This document shows, one piece after another, positions 35,666 to 45,424 of a DNA stretch of 64,000 bases (positions are counted from its first letter, which is position 1; each line of letters starts with the position of its first letter). The position numbers and the translations under genes are program-made. The notes below the pieces were generated by a model. The model searched no databases, was not told where the DNA came from, and saw only the letters and a program-made list of their open reading frames with translations. This stretch comes from an uncultured Candidatus Saccharibacteria bacterium (GTDB lineage Bacteria; Patescibacteriota; Saccharimonadia; Saccharimonadales; 2-12-FULL-41-12), in the NCBI GenBank assembly GCA_964404795.1, contig CAYOLI010000002.1, positions 71,766-135,765 of the forward strand, in the 5' to 3' direction.

Positions 35666-36898
35666 TTATTTCTGCAATTTAGATAAGGCAGCATTAAGCT
35701 GAGTATCATTTTTAGATGCAATATCCGCATCAGTCAATTCAATTTTTTGATCTGGTTCGATACCCTGCTTGTCGATATTGCGACCACTTGGAGTAAACCA
35801 CCGTGCAACAGTAACCTTTAAAATAGCTCCTCCGGATAAATCGCGCACTTCTTGAACACTCCCCTTGCCGAAACTTTTTACGCCAATTAATGTAGCGACC
35901 TTATTATCTCTTAGTGCTCCTGCCGTAATTTCACTGGCACTTGCGCTTCCGTCGTCTATAAGTACAACAGTCGGTACTCCTTTTAGGGTTGATACGCCGT
36001 TTGCATTAAAGGTCTTAACAACGACATTATTGCGTTTTTCTTGTAAAATTTCGTCTCCTTTTGCAAGCCACAAACTAGACACACCAACCGCCGCATCAAG
36101 TCGCCCTCCTGGATTGCCGCGAAGATCTAACACAATACCCTTAACACCTTTTGTCTTAAACTCATCCGCTGCTTTCGATGTTAGTTCAACAGTGTCGTCG
36201 CCAAATCGACTAATCGTTATTACTCCAATGTTGCCGTCGACAATCTTACTCTCAACGCTAGGTAGCGAAATGGTCTCTCTGGTAATCGTAAACTCTAGGG
36301 GCTTATTGTCTCTGATAACCTTTAGTTTGACAACTGAACCTTTTGGACCGCGAATTTTATTAACAGCTTCATTGACACCAACATTATCCAAACTTTGTCC
36401 ATTTGCCTCCACCACTATATCTTTTGGTCTCAAACCAGCTTTTTCGGCAGGAAAGCCCGCAATTGGCGAAACAATAACAATACTACTCCCCTCTTTACTA
36501 AGCTCGGCGCCAATACCTTCGAAAGAGCCACTTAACTGTTCATTGAATGTCTTGGCCTCGTCAACACTCATGTACTCGGTGTACGGGTCGCCAGAAGCGC
36601 TTACTAGCCCTCGTTTCATGCCATCTTGCAATTTACCCGTATCGAGCTGCCCGTCAAAACTCTGCCTTAACATTTGATAGATTTCTTGGGTTCCTGAAGT
36701 ATCTAGTTTAGTAGGAGCGTCTTTTTGTACAGATTTTCGATAAAGTGCATCAGGTCCAAAAACAATCTTGCCCTGACCAACACCAACACCTACCCAAAAA
36801 ACACACAGTAATATAAGAATGTTCAAAGCACTCTTAAAAATCATTTTCTCTCTTAAATTGTTGATTTTACCCACAATTTTGAATTTTTTCAAAACCAA
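35666..36898 (-). CDS. ctpA: S41 family C-terminal processing peptidase (PDZ-containing)
   Basis: The protein has an N-terminal TM segment, a PDZ domain (GLRPKDIVVEANG), GNPGG, GSASASEI (the Ser nucleophile) and SFGKGSVQ (the Lys). Confidence 0.9.
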   Translation of the reverse strand: MVLKKFKIVGKINNLREKMIFKSALNILILLCVFWVGVGVGQGKIVFGPDALYRKSVQKDAPTKLDTSGTQEIYQMLRQSFDGQLDTGKLQDGMKRGLVSASGDPYTEYMSVDEAKTFNEQLSGSFEGIGAELSKEGSSIVIVSPIAGFPAEKAGLRPKDIVVEANGQSLDNVGVNEAVNKIRGPKGSVVKLKVIRDNKPLEFTITRETISLPSVESKIVDGNIGVITISRFGDDTVELTSKAADEFKTKGVKGIVLDLRGNPGGRLDAAVGVSSLWLAKGDEILQEKRNNVVVKTFNANGVSTLKGVPTVVLIDDGSASASEITAGALRDNKVATLIGVKSFGKGSVQEVRDLSGGAILKVTVARWFTPSGRNIDKQGIEPDQKIELTDADIASKNDTQLNAALSKLQK

Positions 36899-36964
36899 AC
36901 TCCTCTCCTAAATATATTGCGTCCTATTTTACACTACGAGCTAGTTAATTCGCTTGTAAATCTA

Positions 36965-38140
36965 TTAATTAAAATAGATGTAAGCAGCTGGATCACCGGC
37001 ATTAATAATTCTTTGAGAATATCTACCTTGCAAAGCCGGAACCGCGTTGTACTCGCTTATCCGAACCTTACCGCCACCAAGGACCTCCTCAACGTATGCA
37101 ACATGGCCCTGGTAGCCATTCCAAACAGCTACGGCACCAACCTGAGGCGTTGATCCGACAGGTATGCCCCGAGCTTTTGCGGCATCATCCCAGTTCTCGG
37201 CGTTACCAAAATATTTCGGTGGGGTTTTGCCAGCCGAGTATAGTCGCCAAGCAACGAATGAAACACACTGACGATAACAATATCCCCATGGATCAATGTC
37301 GTCACCATAGTTACAAGATCCGGCGTGAGTCCAAGACCCTTCCCGATAATTAGCCCAAGGATAGGAGCCCGTACCGACGCCAGATATAACCGTACTACGT
37401 GCAACTATGTCTGCAAGAAGTGCAGCTTGTTGTTTTTGCAATTCCGAACTTCGCTCTCTATATTTTGCCTCTTGCCCTTGCGTTTCGGCCAATATAGCTG
37501 CTTGCTCGTTTTTGGCTTTTTGTATCAACTCACGTTGGGCTTCCTGCTGTTTCTTTAAGTCTTTTTGTTGTTGTTGTTGTGACGAAATTTGTTGTTTGAG
37601 CTCGATTACCTTCTGCGCAGAATCTTGGATACCCAACTTCAGACGCTCTAGATACTCCTGCTCATCTATATATTTGGAGAAACTGTCGCTACCAACTATT
37701 AACTCTACCGAGGAAACGTCTCCTCGCTTATAAAGTGCTCGCATGTTTGCTTTTAGTAGGCCCTTCTGTCTGTCTAGCTCTTTTTGGGCATTATCTAGTT
37801 CAACCTGAAGTTGATCGATCTTAGTAGAAGTTAGCTGAATTTGAGTTGAGGCCTGCTGTATCTGTAAATCAAGCGAAGCAATTGCAGTTTTTAACGTATC
37901 ACCCTGTTGCGCTAAAGATGCTGCCTGCGAATTGTTGTCATTAATTTCTTGTTGCAAAGCATTTGCTCGGTTTCTGAGCTCTTGCACTGTTTCAGCAGCA
38001 CCCTTGGTAGGGTTAACAAACGGCATGGCGAAACCAACAACAAGTACTGCTACCATCAACGGTATAACACCAACTTTGATAAATCTATTTTTTGTCATTT
38101 TTTTATTAGTTTTTTTATTTTTTATGATTACCTTTAGCAT
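36965..38140 (-). CDS. secreted coiled-coil + CHAP-domain peptidoglycan hydrolase (PcsB-like)
   Basis: The protein has a signal/TM segment and a long heptad-rich region. The C-terminal CHAP domain carries CYRQCVSFVAWRL (catalytic Cys) and GHVAYVEEV (His). Confidence 0.85.
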   Translation of the reverse strand: MLKVIIKNKKTNKKMTKNRFIKVGVIPLMVAVLVVGFAMPFVNPTKGAAETVQELRNRANALQQEINDNNSQAASLAQQGDTLKTAIASLDLQIQQASTQIQLTSTKIDQLQVELDNAQKELDRQKGLLKANMRALYKRGDVSSVELIVGSDSFSKYIDEQEYLERLKLGIQDSAQKVIELKQQISSQQQQQKDLKKQQEAQRELIQKAKNEQAAILAETQGQEAKYRERSSELQKQQAALLADIVARSTVISGVGTGSYPWANYREGSWTHAGSCNYGDDIDPWGYCYRQCVSFVAWRLYSAGKTPPKYFGNAENWDDAAKARGIPVGSTPQVGAVAVWNGYQGHVAYVEEVLGGGKVRISEYNAVPALQGRYSQRIINAGDPAAYIYFN

Positions 38141-38266
38141 TATACCCCCTTTCTAGATTTATTTCAAGGGGTAGAACAGACCACTGCCTAACATAAAGTA
38201 TTGGCAATTCCGATTAGCTAAACCCCACCCGTGTCTACTTGGGCTTTATATTTTACCACAAGCAGC

Positions 38267-39223
38267 TTACCAACGCTTGAGTTTTAGATGTTTCTCCATT
38301 GCCAACGCACTAGAAAATATTCCCACTAAAATGCCAACCAAAACAGTTCCAATATACATAACGAACACGTTGATGGGCTTTGTGAAGAACTTGTATGTCT
38401 CGACAAATTCTGCCTGATTTGATATTTTTGAGCCGATTGAAACAATGATGAAATACACAACACTAGATGCAATTACTCCAGCAACAACTCCGTAAATAGA
38501 GGTCTCGACCAAAAAAGGCCCCCTAATATACCCTGGAGTGGCGCCAATCAATTTCATATTTCTAATTTCCTCACTTCTGGTAAAAATGGCAATCCTGATG
38601 GTGTTAAATATTATCAAAATCGATATAACCGTAAAAATTATTGCTGCAATGATACTTGCAGTTGTAATGAATTTTTGGGCAGACGCAGCTCTATCAATAG
38701 TTTTTCTGGCATCTGTTCGACCCAAAGTGACACTATCTACAATATCTTTAAACTTATCTTGTTTAGCTACTTTTTCTACATCACCTAAGCGACTTAGGTC
38801 GTTAACGCTTACCTCATAAGATGCTGGCAAGGTATCGCCACCCAATAGTGTTAGCCCTTCGAGCAACTTCGAATCGTTTTTAAAACTATCACTAAACCTC
38901 TTTTGGGCCTCTTCTTTAGATACATAGTCAACGCTAACTACTTCAGGGCTAGACAAAAGTGCACGACTTAATTCTTTACTGCGATTTTGGTCTATATCGT
39001 CTTTGAGATATACCGACACTTTTAGATTTTTAGATAGTTCGCTAATGGCATTATTGGCAGTCACATTTAAAACTACGGTGAATAAAATAATAGTCAGAGC
39101 AACCAACATAACTGCAATTGCTGCAATGCTTAGCCACGAATTTCTAAATACATTATGTAGACCATTATTGATAATTCTTAGAAAAGTTATAAGCTCGTGC
39201 TTAAAGTCACGCTCACGTTTCAT
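38267..39223 (-). CDS. ftsX: cell division permease-like protein FtsX
   Basis: Four TM segments surround a large first extracytoplasmic loop. The gene is coupled to ftsE by an ATGA overlap. Confidence 0.85.
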   Translation of the reverse strand: MKRERDFKHELITFLRIINNGLHNVFRNSWLSIAAIAVMLVALTIILFTVVLNVTANNAISELSKNLKVSVYLKDDIDQNRSKELSRALLSSPEVVSVDYVSKEEAQKRFSDSFKNDSKLLEGLTLLGGDTLPASYEVSVNDLSRLGDVEKVAKQDKFKDIVDSVTLGRTDARKTIDRAASAQKFITTASIIAAIIFTVISILIIFNTIRIAIFTRSEEIRNMKLIGATPGYIRGPFLVETSIYGVVAGVIASSVVYFIIVSIGSKISNQAEFVETYKFFTKPINVFVMYIGTVLVGILVGIFSSALAMEKHLKLKRW

Positions 39224-39903
39224 GCCCGATACTCTCCAGAAACCTTATCACTAACAATTTTGCCTTTTTCTATTTGAATTACTCTTCTTTTTAATCGATT
39301 CACAACATCCTGATTATGAGTAGTAAGTAGTACCGTGGTGCCATAACGATTAATTTTTTCTAGCACCCTGATGACATCCCAAGCGTGCTTGGGGTCAAGA
39401 TTGCCAGTTGGCTCATCCGCAATTAATATCTTTGGCTGACGAACTACCGCTCTAGCAATTGCAACTCTTTGGCGCTCACCGCCAGAGAGCTCACCAGGGT
39501 AATTATCTTCCTTACCTTTAAGACAAACAATACTTAGTACTTTTGGCACAGTATGCTTAATCTCTCGACTACTCATACCGACAATTTCTAAAGCAAAAGC
39601 AACATTTTCAAAGACTGTTTTGTTGGGCAAAAGCTTGAAATCCTGAAAAACAACCCCTATTCTGCGCCTCAAAAGTGGTATATTACGATCCTTGAGCTTG
39701 TCGTAGTCGATGCCCCCAACGACAATCTTACCGCTACTCGGGCGCTCTTCTCTAGTTAGCAATTTCAATAAAGTTGACTTGCCAGCCCCGCTCGGACCTA
39801 TAATAATTACGAATTCTTTGGGCTGAACGTGCAGGTTAATGCGCTCTAACGCGACACCACTTTTCTTGCCATAAACTTTTGATACCCTATCGAGCAAAAT
39901 CAT
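39220..39903 (-). CDS. ftsE: cell division ATP-binding protein FtsE
   Basis: Walker A is GPSGAGKST, the ABC signature is LSGGERQRVAIARA, and Walker B is ILIADEPTGNLD. Confidence 0.9.
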   Translation of the reverse strand: MILLDRVSKVYGKKSGVALERINLHVQPKEFVIIIGPSGAGKSTLLKLLTREERPSSGKIVVGGIDYDKLKDRNIPLLRRRIGVVFQDFKLLPNKTVFENVAFALEIVGMSSREIKHTVPKVLSIVCLKGKEDNYPGELSGGERQRVAIARAVVRQPKILIADEPTGNLDPKHAWDVIRVLEKINRYGTTVLLTTHNQDVVNRLKRRVIQIEKGKIVSDKVSGEYRA

Positions 39904-39972
39904 ACAAACACTATTATATCAAACCTGCTTATTGTTAAAGTCGTACCAAATTTCGAGTTGATCATTTTGCAT

Positions 39973-41061
39973 TTATTTTTTCGTCACCAACCACTGTTGA
40001 TAAGCACTTATCAGCTCGTCAAGATTGCCATCAAGCACACCTTCTGCATCACTTGTTTCATAATTGCTCCGCAGGTCTTTAACTTGCTTATATGGATGCA
40101 AAACATAATTTCTTATTTGGCTTCCCCACTCATTAGCAGCTGATGGACCCTTGAGATCAGCAATTTTGCTAGCATGCTGATCTTTTTTAAGCATCATTAA
40201 TTTTGACCTTAAGATGGTTAGTGCAGTTTCTTTATTCTGGATCTGGCTTCTTTCGTTTTGTATACTCACGCTTATCCCTGTGGGCAAATGAGTGATTCGT
40301 ACTGCAGAATCGGTGGTATTAACACTTTGACCTCCATGACCACCGGCTCGAAAAACGTCTATTTTTAAATCTTTTTCTTCTATCTCTACCTGGTCAGGAG
40401 TATCTATTTTAGGTAAAACTTCTACTTTCGCAAAACTAGTTTGACGCAAATTATCAGCATTAAATGGACTTAATCGAACTAAGCGATGGACTCCATTTTC
40501 ACTCTTTAATTTACCATAAATCAAGCTACCACTTATTGCCACCGTCACACTTTTTAAGCCAGCTATATCTCCTGGTGATTCATCAAGCACCCTAACTTTA
40601 GCACCTATTTTTTCTGCATACCGATAATACATTCTGAGTAGCATTTCAGACCAATCTTGTGCATCTGTGCCTCCTGCCCCGGCATAAATTGAAAGAACCA
40701 CATCATACTCATCATATTCTCCGCCATAAATAAGATCCTGCGATAAAGCACTGAACTTATCTTGAGCTAACTTTAGTTGTTCACTTAAATCTCCATACAG
40801 TGATTCGTCTTCAAGATTGCATAGATCAATAATCTCCTTAACTTCTTTTTCAAGCGTCTTCCAAGAAGACACTTGTTCGTTCAAGTTGGCAATTTTTTGC
40901 ATAGTATTTTTTGCACTTTCGCCATCTTGCCAGAAATTAGTCCCTCGAGAAATTTCTTCTAACTTTTGTATTTGGGCTTTTTTGTCATTGATATCTAGTG
41001 CATCCATTGATTTGGATACATCATCAAATAATTTTTTAGCCCGAGATAAAATATCCTGCAT
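39973..41061 (-). CDS. prfB: peptide chain release factor 2 (single continuous ORF, no programmed frameshift)
   Basis: The SPF tripeptide (RLSPFNA) and GGQ (GHGGQSVN) are present, and the full-length N-terminus lies in the same frame. Confidence 0.9.
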   Translation of the reverse strand: MQDILSRAKKLFDDVSKSMDALDINDKKAQIQKLEEISRGTNFWQDGESAKNTMQKIANLNEQVSSWKTLEKEVKEIIDLCNLEDESLYGDLSEQLKLAQDKFSALSQDLIYGGEYDEYDVVLSIYAGAGGTDAQDWSEMLLRMYYRYAEKIGAKVRVLDESPGDIAGLKSVTVAISGSLIYGKLKSENGVHRLVRLSPFNADNLRQTSFAKVEVLPKIDTPDQVEIEEKDLKIDVFRAGGHGGQSVNTTDSAVRITHLPTGISVSIQNERSQIQNKETALTILRSKLMMLKKDQHASKIADLKGPSAANEWGSQIRNYVLHPYKQVKDLRSNYETSDAEGVLDGNLDELISAYQQWLVTKK

Positions 41062-41088
41062 ATATTCGCTTATTATACCCTTAGATTA

Positions 41089-42390
41089 CTAACTGTCTAT
41101 TTGGCTAGGCCATAGCTGAGATAATAGTTTATGCAGCTCCGCTACATCATTGCTCCTTCTGCTACCTAGTACGCCCAAACCCCAATTACCTTCTTCAAAA
41201 ACTTTTGTGGCACTAGCCACAATTTTTTGTTTTGTAACCGCTTTAATACGATTTGGGATTAATCCATAATCTTCAATAAAGTCGTCGAAAAAATACCTAC
41301 CCATATATCCATAAGCCAAGCCACCGACGGTCTGCGCACTACGTTGAAAACGACCAATGCTGTATTGTTTGGCGGCTTCAATGTCTTCATGGCTAATATT
41401 ACCAGCCAGTACGCTCTTTAGCTCGTTAACAACAATGTCAAACAGAGGCATAGCATTGTCTGGTCTAACCTGTGCCCCAAACCACCAATTGGTAAATTCG
41501 CTACCCCAACCGACTCCGGAACTCATGCCATAAACCAGCCCTTTTTCGCGCGCTGTCCCCAAAATTCGTGAATATAAAGTGCCAGTTAACGAAGTATCGA
41601 TTAAATTAAGTGCATCACGCAACTCTTCACTCAGGCATGTTTGAGTGAAAGTATCGAGATAAAAATAATAATTCCTAACGCTACTATTTGTAATATATAG
41701 TGGTTTTTTTATACCTACTGGATGAATAACCGGAATCTCAATGCGTCCACGCCCTTTAGGCAGTTGGGTCGATCCGATAATTTGCTTGATATGTTTTTTG
41801 CGACCCTCTGTTATCTTGCCAGCAATTACAAAACGCATATTCGAAGTAGTATGAGTCTTTTTGTAATGTTTTTGAATGTCGTCTAAATTAACATTTTTTA
41901 GTAGCTTCAATCGTTTTTGATAAGTTGTAGAACGAAACCCATATTGCTCTCTCAAAGACAAACTCAATCTTTGAAAATGATTGTTAGACCGTGAAGACAA
42001 CTCTTCTCGGACGTTTCCCACTTCGGCTTTAAACTCTTCTTGCAAAAAAAGTGGTTGAGAAATCGCCAAAAGCATACATGCTAAGATCCTCTGCCATTCA
42101 ATATCAGCACATTCCGCTTCATAGGTAATATCATTTACGCTAGTACTAGCATTTGAATATGCTCCGTTCTTTTCAAATTCTGCCTGAAAATCTCGGGCTT
42201 TTGGGTATTTTTTGTTGGCACCAAGCAACAAATGCTCCATTAGATGAGGCGTCTCCCATTTATCTTGGGGTACCAAAAATTCGCCGGCACGAAAGCTGAT
42301 GTGTATACTCATAACACTTGCGTCTGGAACATGAATCAATAGTCCACGCGATCCATTGTCCAGTGTAACTTCGCGGACTTCGTGCTTCAT
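41089..42390 (-). CDS. M16 (pitrilysin/insulinase) family zinc peptidase
   Basis: The inverted zinc motif HxxEH (PHLMEHLLLG) is present near the N-terminus of a two-domain M16 architecture. Confidence 0.8.
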   Translation of the reverse strand: MKHEVREVTLDNGSRGLLIHVPDASVMSIHISFRAGEFLVPQDKWETPHLMEHLLLGANKKYPKARDFQAEFEKNGAYSNASTSVNDITYEAECADIEWQRILACMLLAISQPLFLQEEFKAEVGNVREELSSRSNNHFQRLSLSLREQYGFRSTTYQKRLKLLKNVNLDDIQKHYKKTHTTSNMRFVIAGKITEGRKKHIKQIIGSTQLPKGRGRIEIPVIHPVGIKKPLYITNSSVRNYYFYLDTFTQTCLSEELRDALNLIDTSLTGTLYSRILGTAREKGLVYGMSSGVGWGSEFTNWWFGAQVRPDNAMPLFDIVVNELKSVLAGNISHEDIEAAKQYSIGRFQRSAQTVGGLAYGYMGRYFFDDFIEDYGLIPNRIKAVTKQKIVASATKVFEEGNWGLGVLGSRRSNDVAELHKLLSQLWPSQIDS

Positions 42391-45008
42391 TACTTACGAC
42401 GCTTTTTTGCTTTCTTCTTGTTCTGACGCTCTGCTTTTCGGGCTTTTTTTATCTTTTTCTTCTTTTTAGATACCTGGGTACTCTCTTCTTCTGCAGACAC
42501 GAAATCGCCTTCAGAAAACTCTTCGAGATCGATAATTTTATCAGCGTTATCGACCGAACTTCTAGCTGCTTTAGTTAGCTCTGTCTCAACTGGATTGTCT
42601 AGCTCAGCATCAGTGACTGGTCTTGCATGAAACAGTGCTTGCACAACATCGTGCCTCAAGCTTTGTTGCATTTCTTCAAATAAACGCTGGGACTGTGTTC
42701 GATATTCAACTAGCGGATCCCTTTGCCCTACCCCCATCCAATGAATTCCTTCACGCAAATGATCCATATTCTCTAAGTGCTGCATCCAGTAATTATCAAG
42801 CGTTTGCAAGTACACATCTCGCTCTACTTTGCGTAAGATTTCTTTGCCAAAAACCTCTTCCTGTTTTGCATATTCATCATCTATTTTAGCGATTAACTCT
42901 TGTTCAAATTTATCGGCCGGCAAATCGAAAAGTTTATCAATTGTCTTATCGCTCAGTGGAAAATGCGCCTTTAAAACTCCTTCAAAATCTTCAGTTAAAC
43001 TGGATGGAGAATTGACCATATCCTGAACTTGAGTATGAATAAAATTCTTAATTCTTTTGTGTATATCGGCTTGATGTAAAATCTCTTTTCGCATGCTATA
43101 AGTAGCCCTACGGTGGCGGTTCATAACATCATCGTATTGAACAACATTTTTTCGTGTGTCAAAGTTAAAGCCCTCAACTTTCTTTTGGGCACCTTCCAAA
43201 CTACGGCTTATAACCCTGTTTTGAATTGGCGTTTCGTCGTCAACCTTCAGCCGATCCATAACTCTTTTTATTCGATCCCCACCAAAGATACGCATCAAGT
43301 CGTCTTCACAAGAAACAAAAAACTGAGTTGTTCCAGGATCTCCTTGACGACCAGAACGACCTCTAAGCTGATTATCTACTCTGCGCGACTCGTGCCTTTC
43401 CGACCCCAGCACAAACAAGCCACCAGCTTTCTTTGCGTCTTTATCCAGAACAATGTCGGTACCCCGACCAGCAATGTTCGTGGCCAGTGTTACCGCCCCC
43501 TTTTGGCCGGCCTTAGCAATAATACTTGCCTCTCTTTCATTGTTTTTTGCATTTAAAACCTGGTGTGGAACACCTGCTTTTTTAAGTAGGCGCGTAAGAA
43601 GTTCGTTTTTCTGAATCGATGCCGTACCAATCAAAACTGGTTGGCCTTTTTTATGAAGCCGTTTGACCTCCTTTACTACTTGCTCAAATTTACCTACCTC
43701 CGTCTTATAGATTCGATCTGGCAAATCCTCCCTGATCAACTTTTTGTTTGGCGGTATTTCAAGGACAGCCAACTTGTAAATTTGATGAAATTCTTCGGCC
43801 TCAGTTGCTGCCGTTCCCGTCATACCAGACAGCTTGTCATATAGACGAAAATAGTTTTGAAAGCTAATTGTAGCTAATGTTTGCGATTCTTCTTGAATTT
43901 CGACTGCCTCTTTAGCTTCGATTGCCTGGTGCAACCCTTCGTTATAACGACGACCCTTAAGCAATCTTCCGGTATGCTCATCAACAATCACAACCTCACC
44001 GTCTTTTGTTACAACATAGTCCTTGTCTCGCTTGAATAAACCCTGGGCTCGTAAAGCTTGTTCCAGATGATAGATAGTACGAATATTGGTAGCAGCATAC
44101 AGATTAGGTAGGCCCAAAATTTTTTCAATTTTATCTATCCCTGCATCATTCAATGCAACCTGTTTGCGTTTTTCGTCTACTTCGTAATGTTTGTCCGGTT
44201 TCAAATTGCGAACAACCTTGGCAAATTGAGTATAGTGTTCCCCACTTGCTGTCGAGGGCGCAGATATAATCAGTGGAGTTCTGGCCTCGTCTATTAAAAT
44301 CGAGTCGACCTCGTCAACAATTGAGAAATTAAGCTCGCGTTGCCGTAGCTGATCAACTTCTCTGACCATATTATCTCGCAAGTAGTCAAACCCAAACTCA
44401 TTATTGGTACCATACGTTACATCTGCTCCATAGGCCTCTTGGCGGGTACATGGACGAAGTTTGCGCATCCTTGGATCGTCGTGCTCTTGATTGTCAAAGT
44501 CAGGATCGTATAAATATGACTGATCTGCAATAATTACCCCTGTTGATAGCCCCAAAAAATGATATACTTGCCCCATCCAGCCGGCATCTCTTTGGGCTAA
44601 ATAATCGTTTACAGTTACGACGTGCACACCCTTGCCGGTAAGACCATTTAAATAAACTGGCGCTGTTGCTACCAATGTTTTACCTTCCCCAGTTTTCATC
44701 TCTGCGATACTGCCCATATGTAGAGCCATGCCACCAACCATTTGAACATCGAAATGGCGCATGCCAAGTATTCGCCTCGAGGCCTCTCGGACCACCGCAA
44801 ATGCATCGGGTAAAACCTGATCAAGAGTTTCTTTTTTTAGGCGTTTTTTCAATTTGTCCGTCTGGCTTGCTAGAGCCGTATCTGACATTTTTTTATATTT
44901 TGGTTCAAGTTCATTTATTGAACTTACCTTTTTTTGCAAACGTTTAACCATCCGCACTTGCGGATCACCCAGAATTTTCTTCAATACAGCACTTTTCATT
45001 AAATACAA
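42390..45008 (-). CDS. secA: preprotein translocase ATPase SecA
   Basis: MKTGEGKTLVA, DEVDSILIDEARTPLIIS and TNIAGRGTDI are present, with a lysine-rich tail lacking the Zn finger. Confidence 0.95.
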   Translation of the reverse strand: MYLMKSAVLKKILGDPQVRMVKRLQKKVSSINELEPKYKKMSDTALASQTDKLKKRLKKETLDQVLPDAFAVVREASRRILGMRHFDVQMVGGMALHMGSIAEMKTGEGKTLVATAPVYLNGLTGKGVHVVTVNDYLAQRDAGWMGQVYHFLGLSTGVIIADQSYLYDPDFDNQEHDDPRMRKLRPCTRQEAYGADVTYGTNNEFGFDYLRDNMVREVDQLRQRELNFSIVDEVDSILIDEARTPLIISAPSTASGEHYTQFAKVVRNLKPDKHYEVDEKRKQVALNDAGIDKIEKILGLPNLYAATNIRTIYHLEQALRAQGLFKRDKDYVVTKDGEVVIVDEHTGRLLKGRRYNEGLHQAIEAKEAVEIQEESQTLATISFQNYFRLYDKLSGMTGTAATEAEEFHQIYKLAVLEIPPNKKLIREDLPDRIYKTEVGKFEQVVKEVKRLHKKGQPVLIGTASIQKNELLTRLLKKAGVPHQVLNAKNNEREASIIAKAGQKGAVTLATNIAGRGTDIVLDKDAKKAGGLFVLGSERHESRRVDNQLRGRSGRQGDPGTTQFFVSCEDDLMRIFGGDRIKRVMDRLKVDDETPIQNRVISRSLEGAQKKVEGFNFDTRKNVVQYDDVMNRHRRATYSMRKEILHQADIHKRIKNFIHTQVQDMVNSPSSLTEDFEGVLKAHFPLSDKTIDKLFDLPADKFEQELIAKIDDEYAKQEEVFGKEILRKVERDVYLQTLDNYWMQHLENMDHLREGIHWMGVGQRDPLVEYRTQSQRLFEEMQQSLRHDVVQALFHARPVTDAELDNPVETELTKAARSSVDNADKIIDLEEFSEGDFVSAEEESTQVSKKKKKIKKARKAERQNKKKAKKRRK

Positions 45009-45067
45009 AACTTCCCTAAATAAAACTGTTGCTATTATACAGTAGTTACACCTTATATGTAAGAGGT

Positions 45068-45424
45068 CTAGTGTCGATTAAACAATCTTATAATTCGATG
45101 TCTCATATGAGCGCCAGCATGTTTTTCTTTATACTTTTTGAGCTGAACCTTCAACTTTGCTTCTGCCTCGTCAATCGCAGCTTCGACTGTCTCACCACGT
45201 GCCTGCACCATCACTTGTCCATGTGGTAAGAAAACTATCGGCTCACAGATATACTTAACTTTATCTTTGGTTTTTTGTTCTTTCAGTTTTACTTCGACAT
45301 GCATGCTTGCTCTAGCTTTTCGAGAAACAAACTTATCAACTTCTCCAATCTTGGCTTGCACATACTGTTTTATCGCTGGTGTTAGCTTACCGTGTATAGC
45401 GGTTATCTCTAATTTAGTTATCAT
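45068..45424 (-). CDS. hpf: ribosome hibernation promoting factor / RaiA family (short form)
   Basis: 118 aa. The LEITAIHGKLTPAIKQYVQAKIGEVDKF pattern fits the S30AE family. Confidence 0.8.
   Translation of the reverse strand: MITKLEITAIHGKLTPAIKQYVQAKIGEVDKFVSRKARASMHVEVKLKEQKTKDKVKYICEPIVFLPHGQVMVQARGETVEAAIDEAEAKLKVQLKKYKEKHAGAHMRHRIIRLFNRH

Noticed and set aside
35865-36677. A long (270 aa) plus-strand ORF. Similar antisense ORFs occur at 43113-43556, 48476-48928, 20350-20718 and 14164-14869.
   Set aside because: Each lies entirely inside a strongly motif-supported gene on the opposite strand. Their products are Ser/Leu/Pro-rich low-complexity sequences with no motifs. These are typical shadow ORFs.
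39973-41061. I looked for the programmed +1 frameshift (CUU UGA C) that autoregulates prfB in many bacteria.
   Set aside because: RF2 is encoded as one uninterrupted 362-aa ORF including the complete N-terminus. There is no in-frame early stop and no frameshift site.
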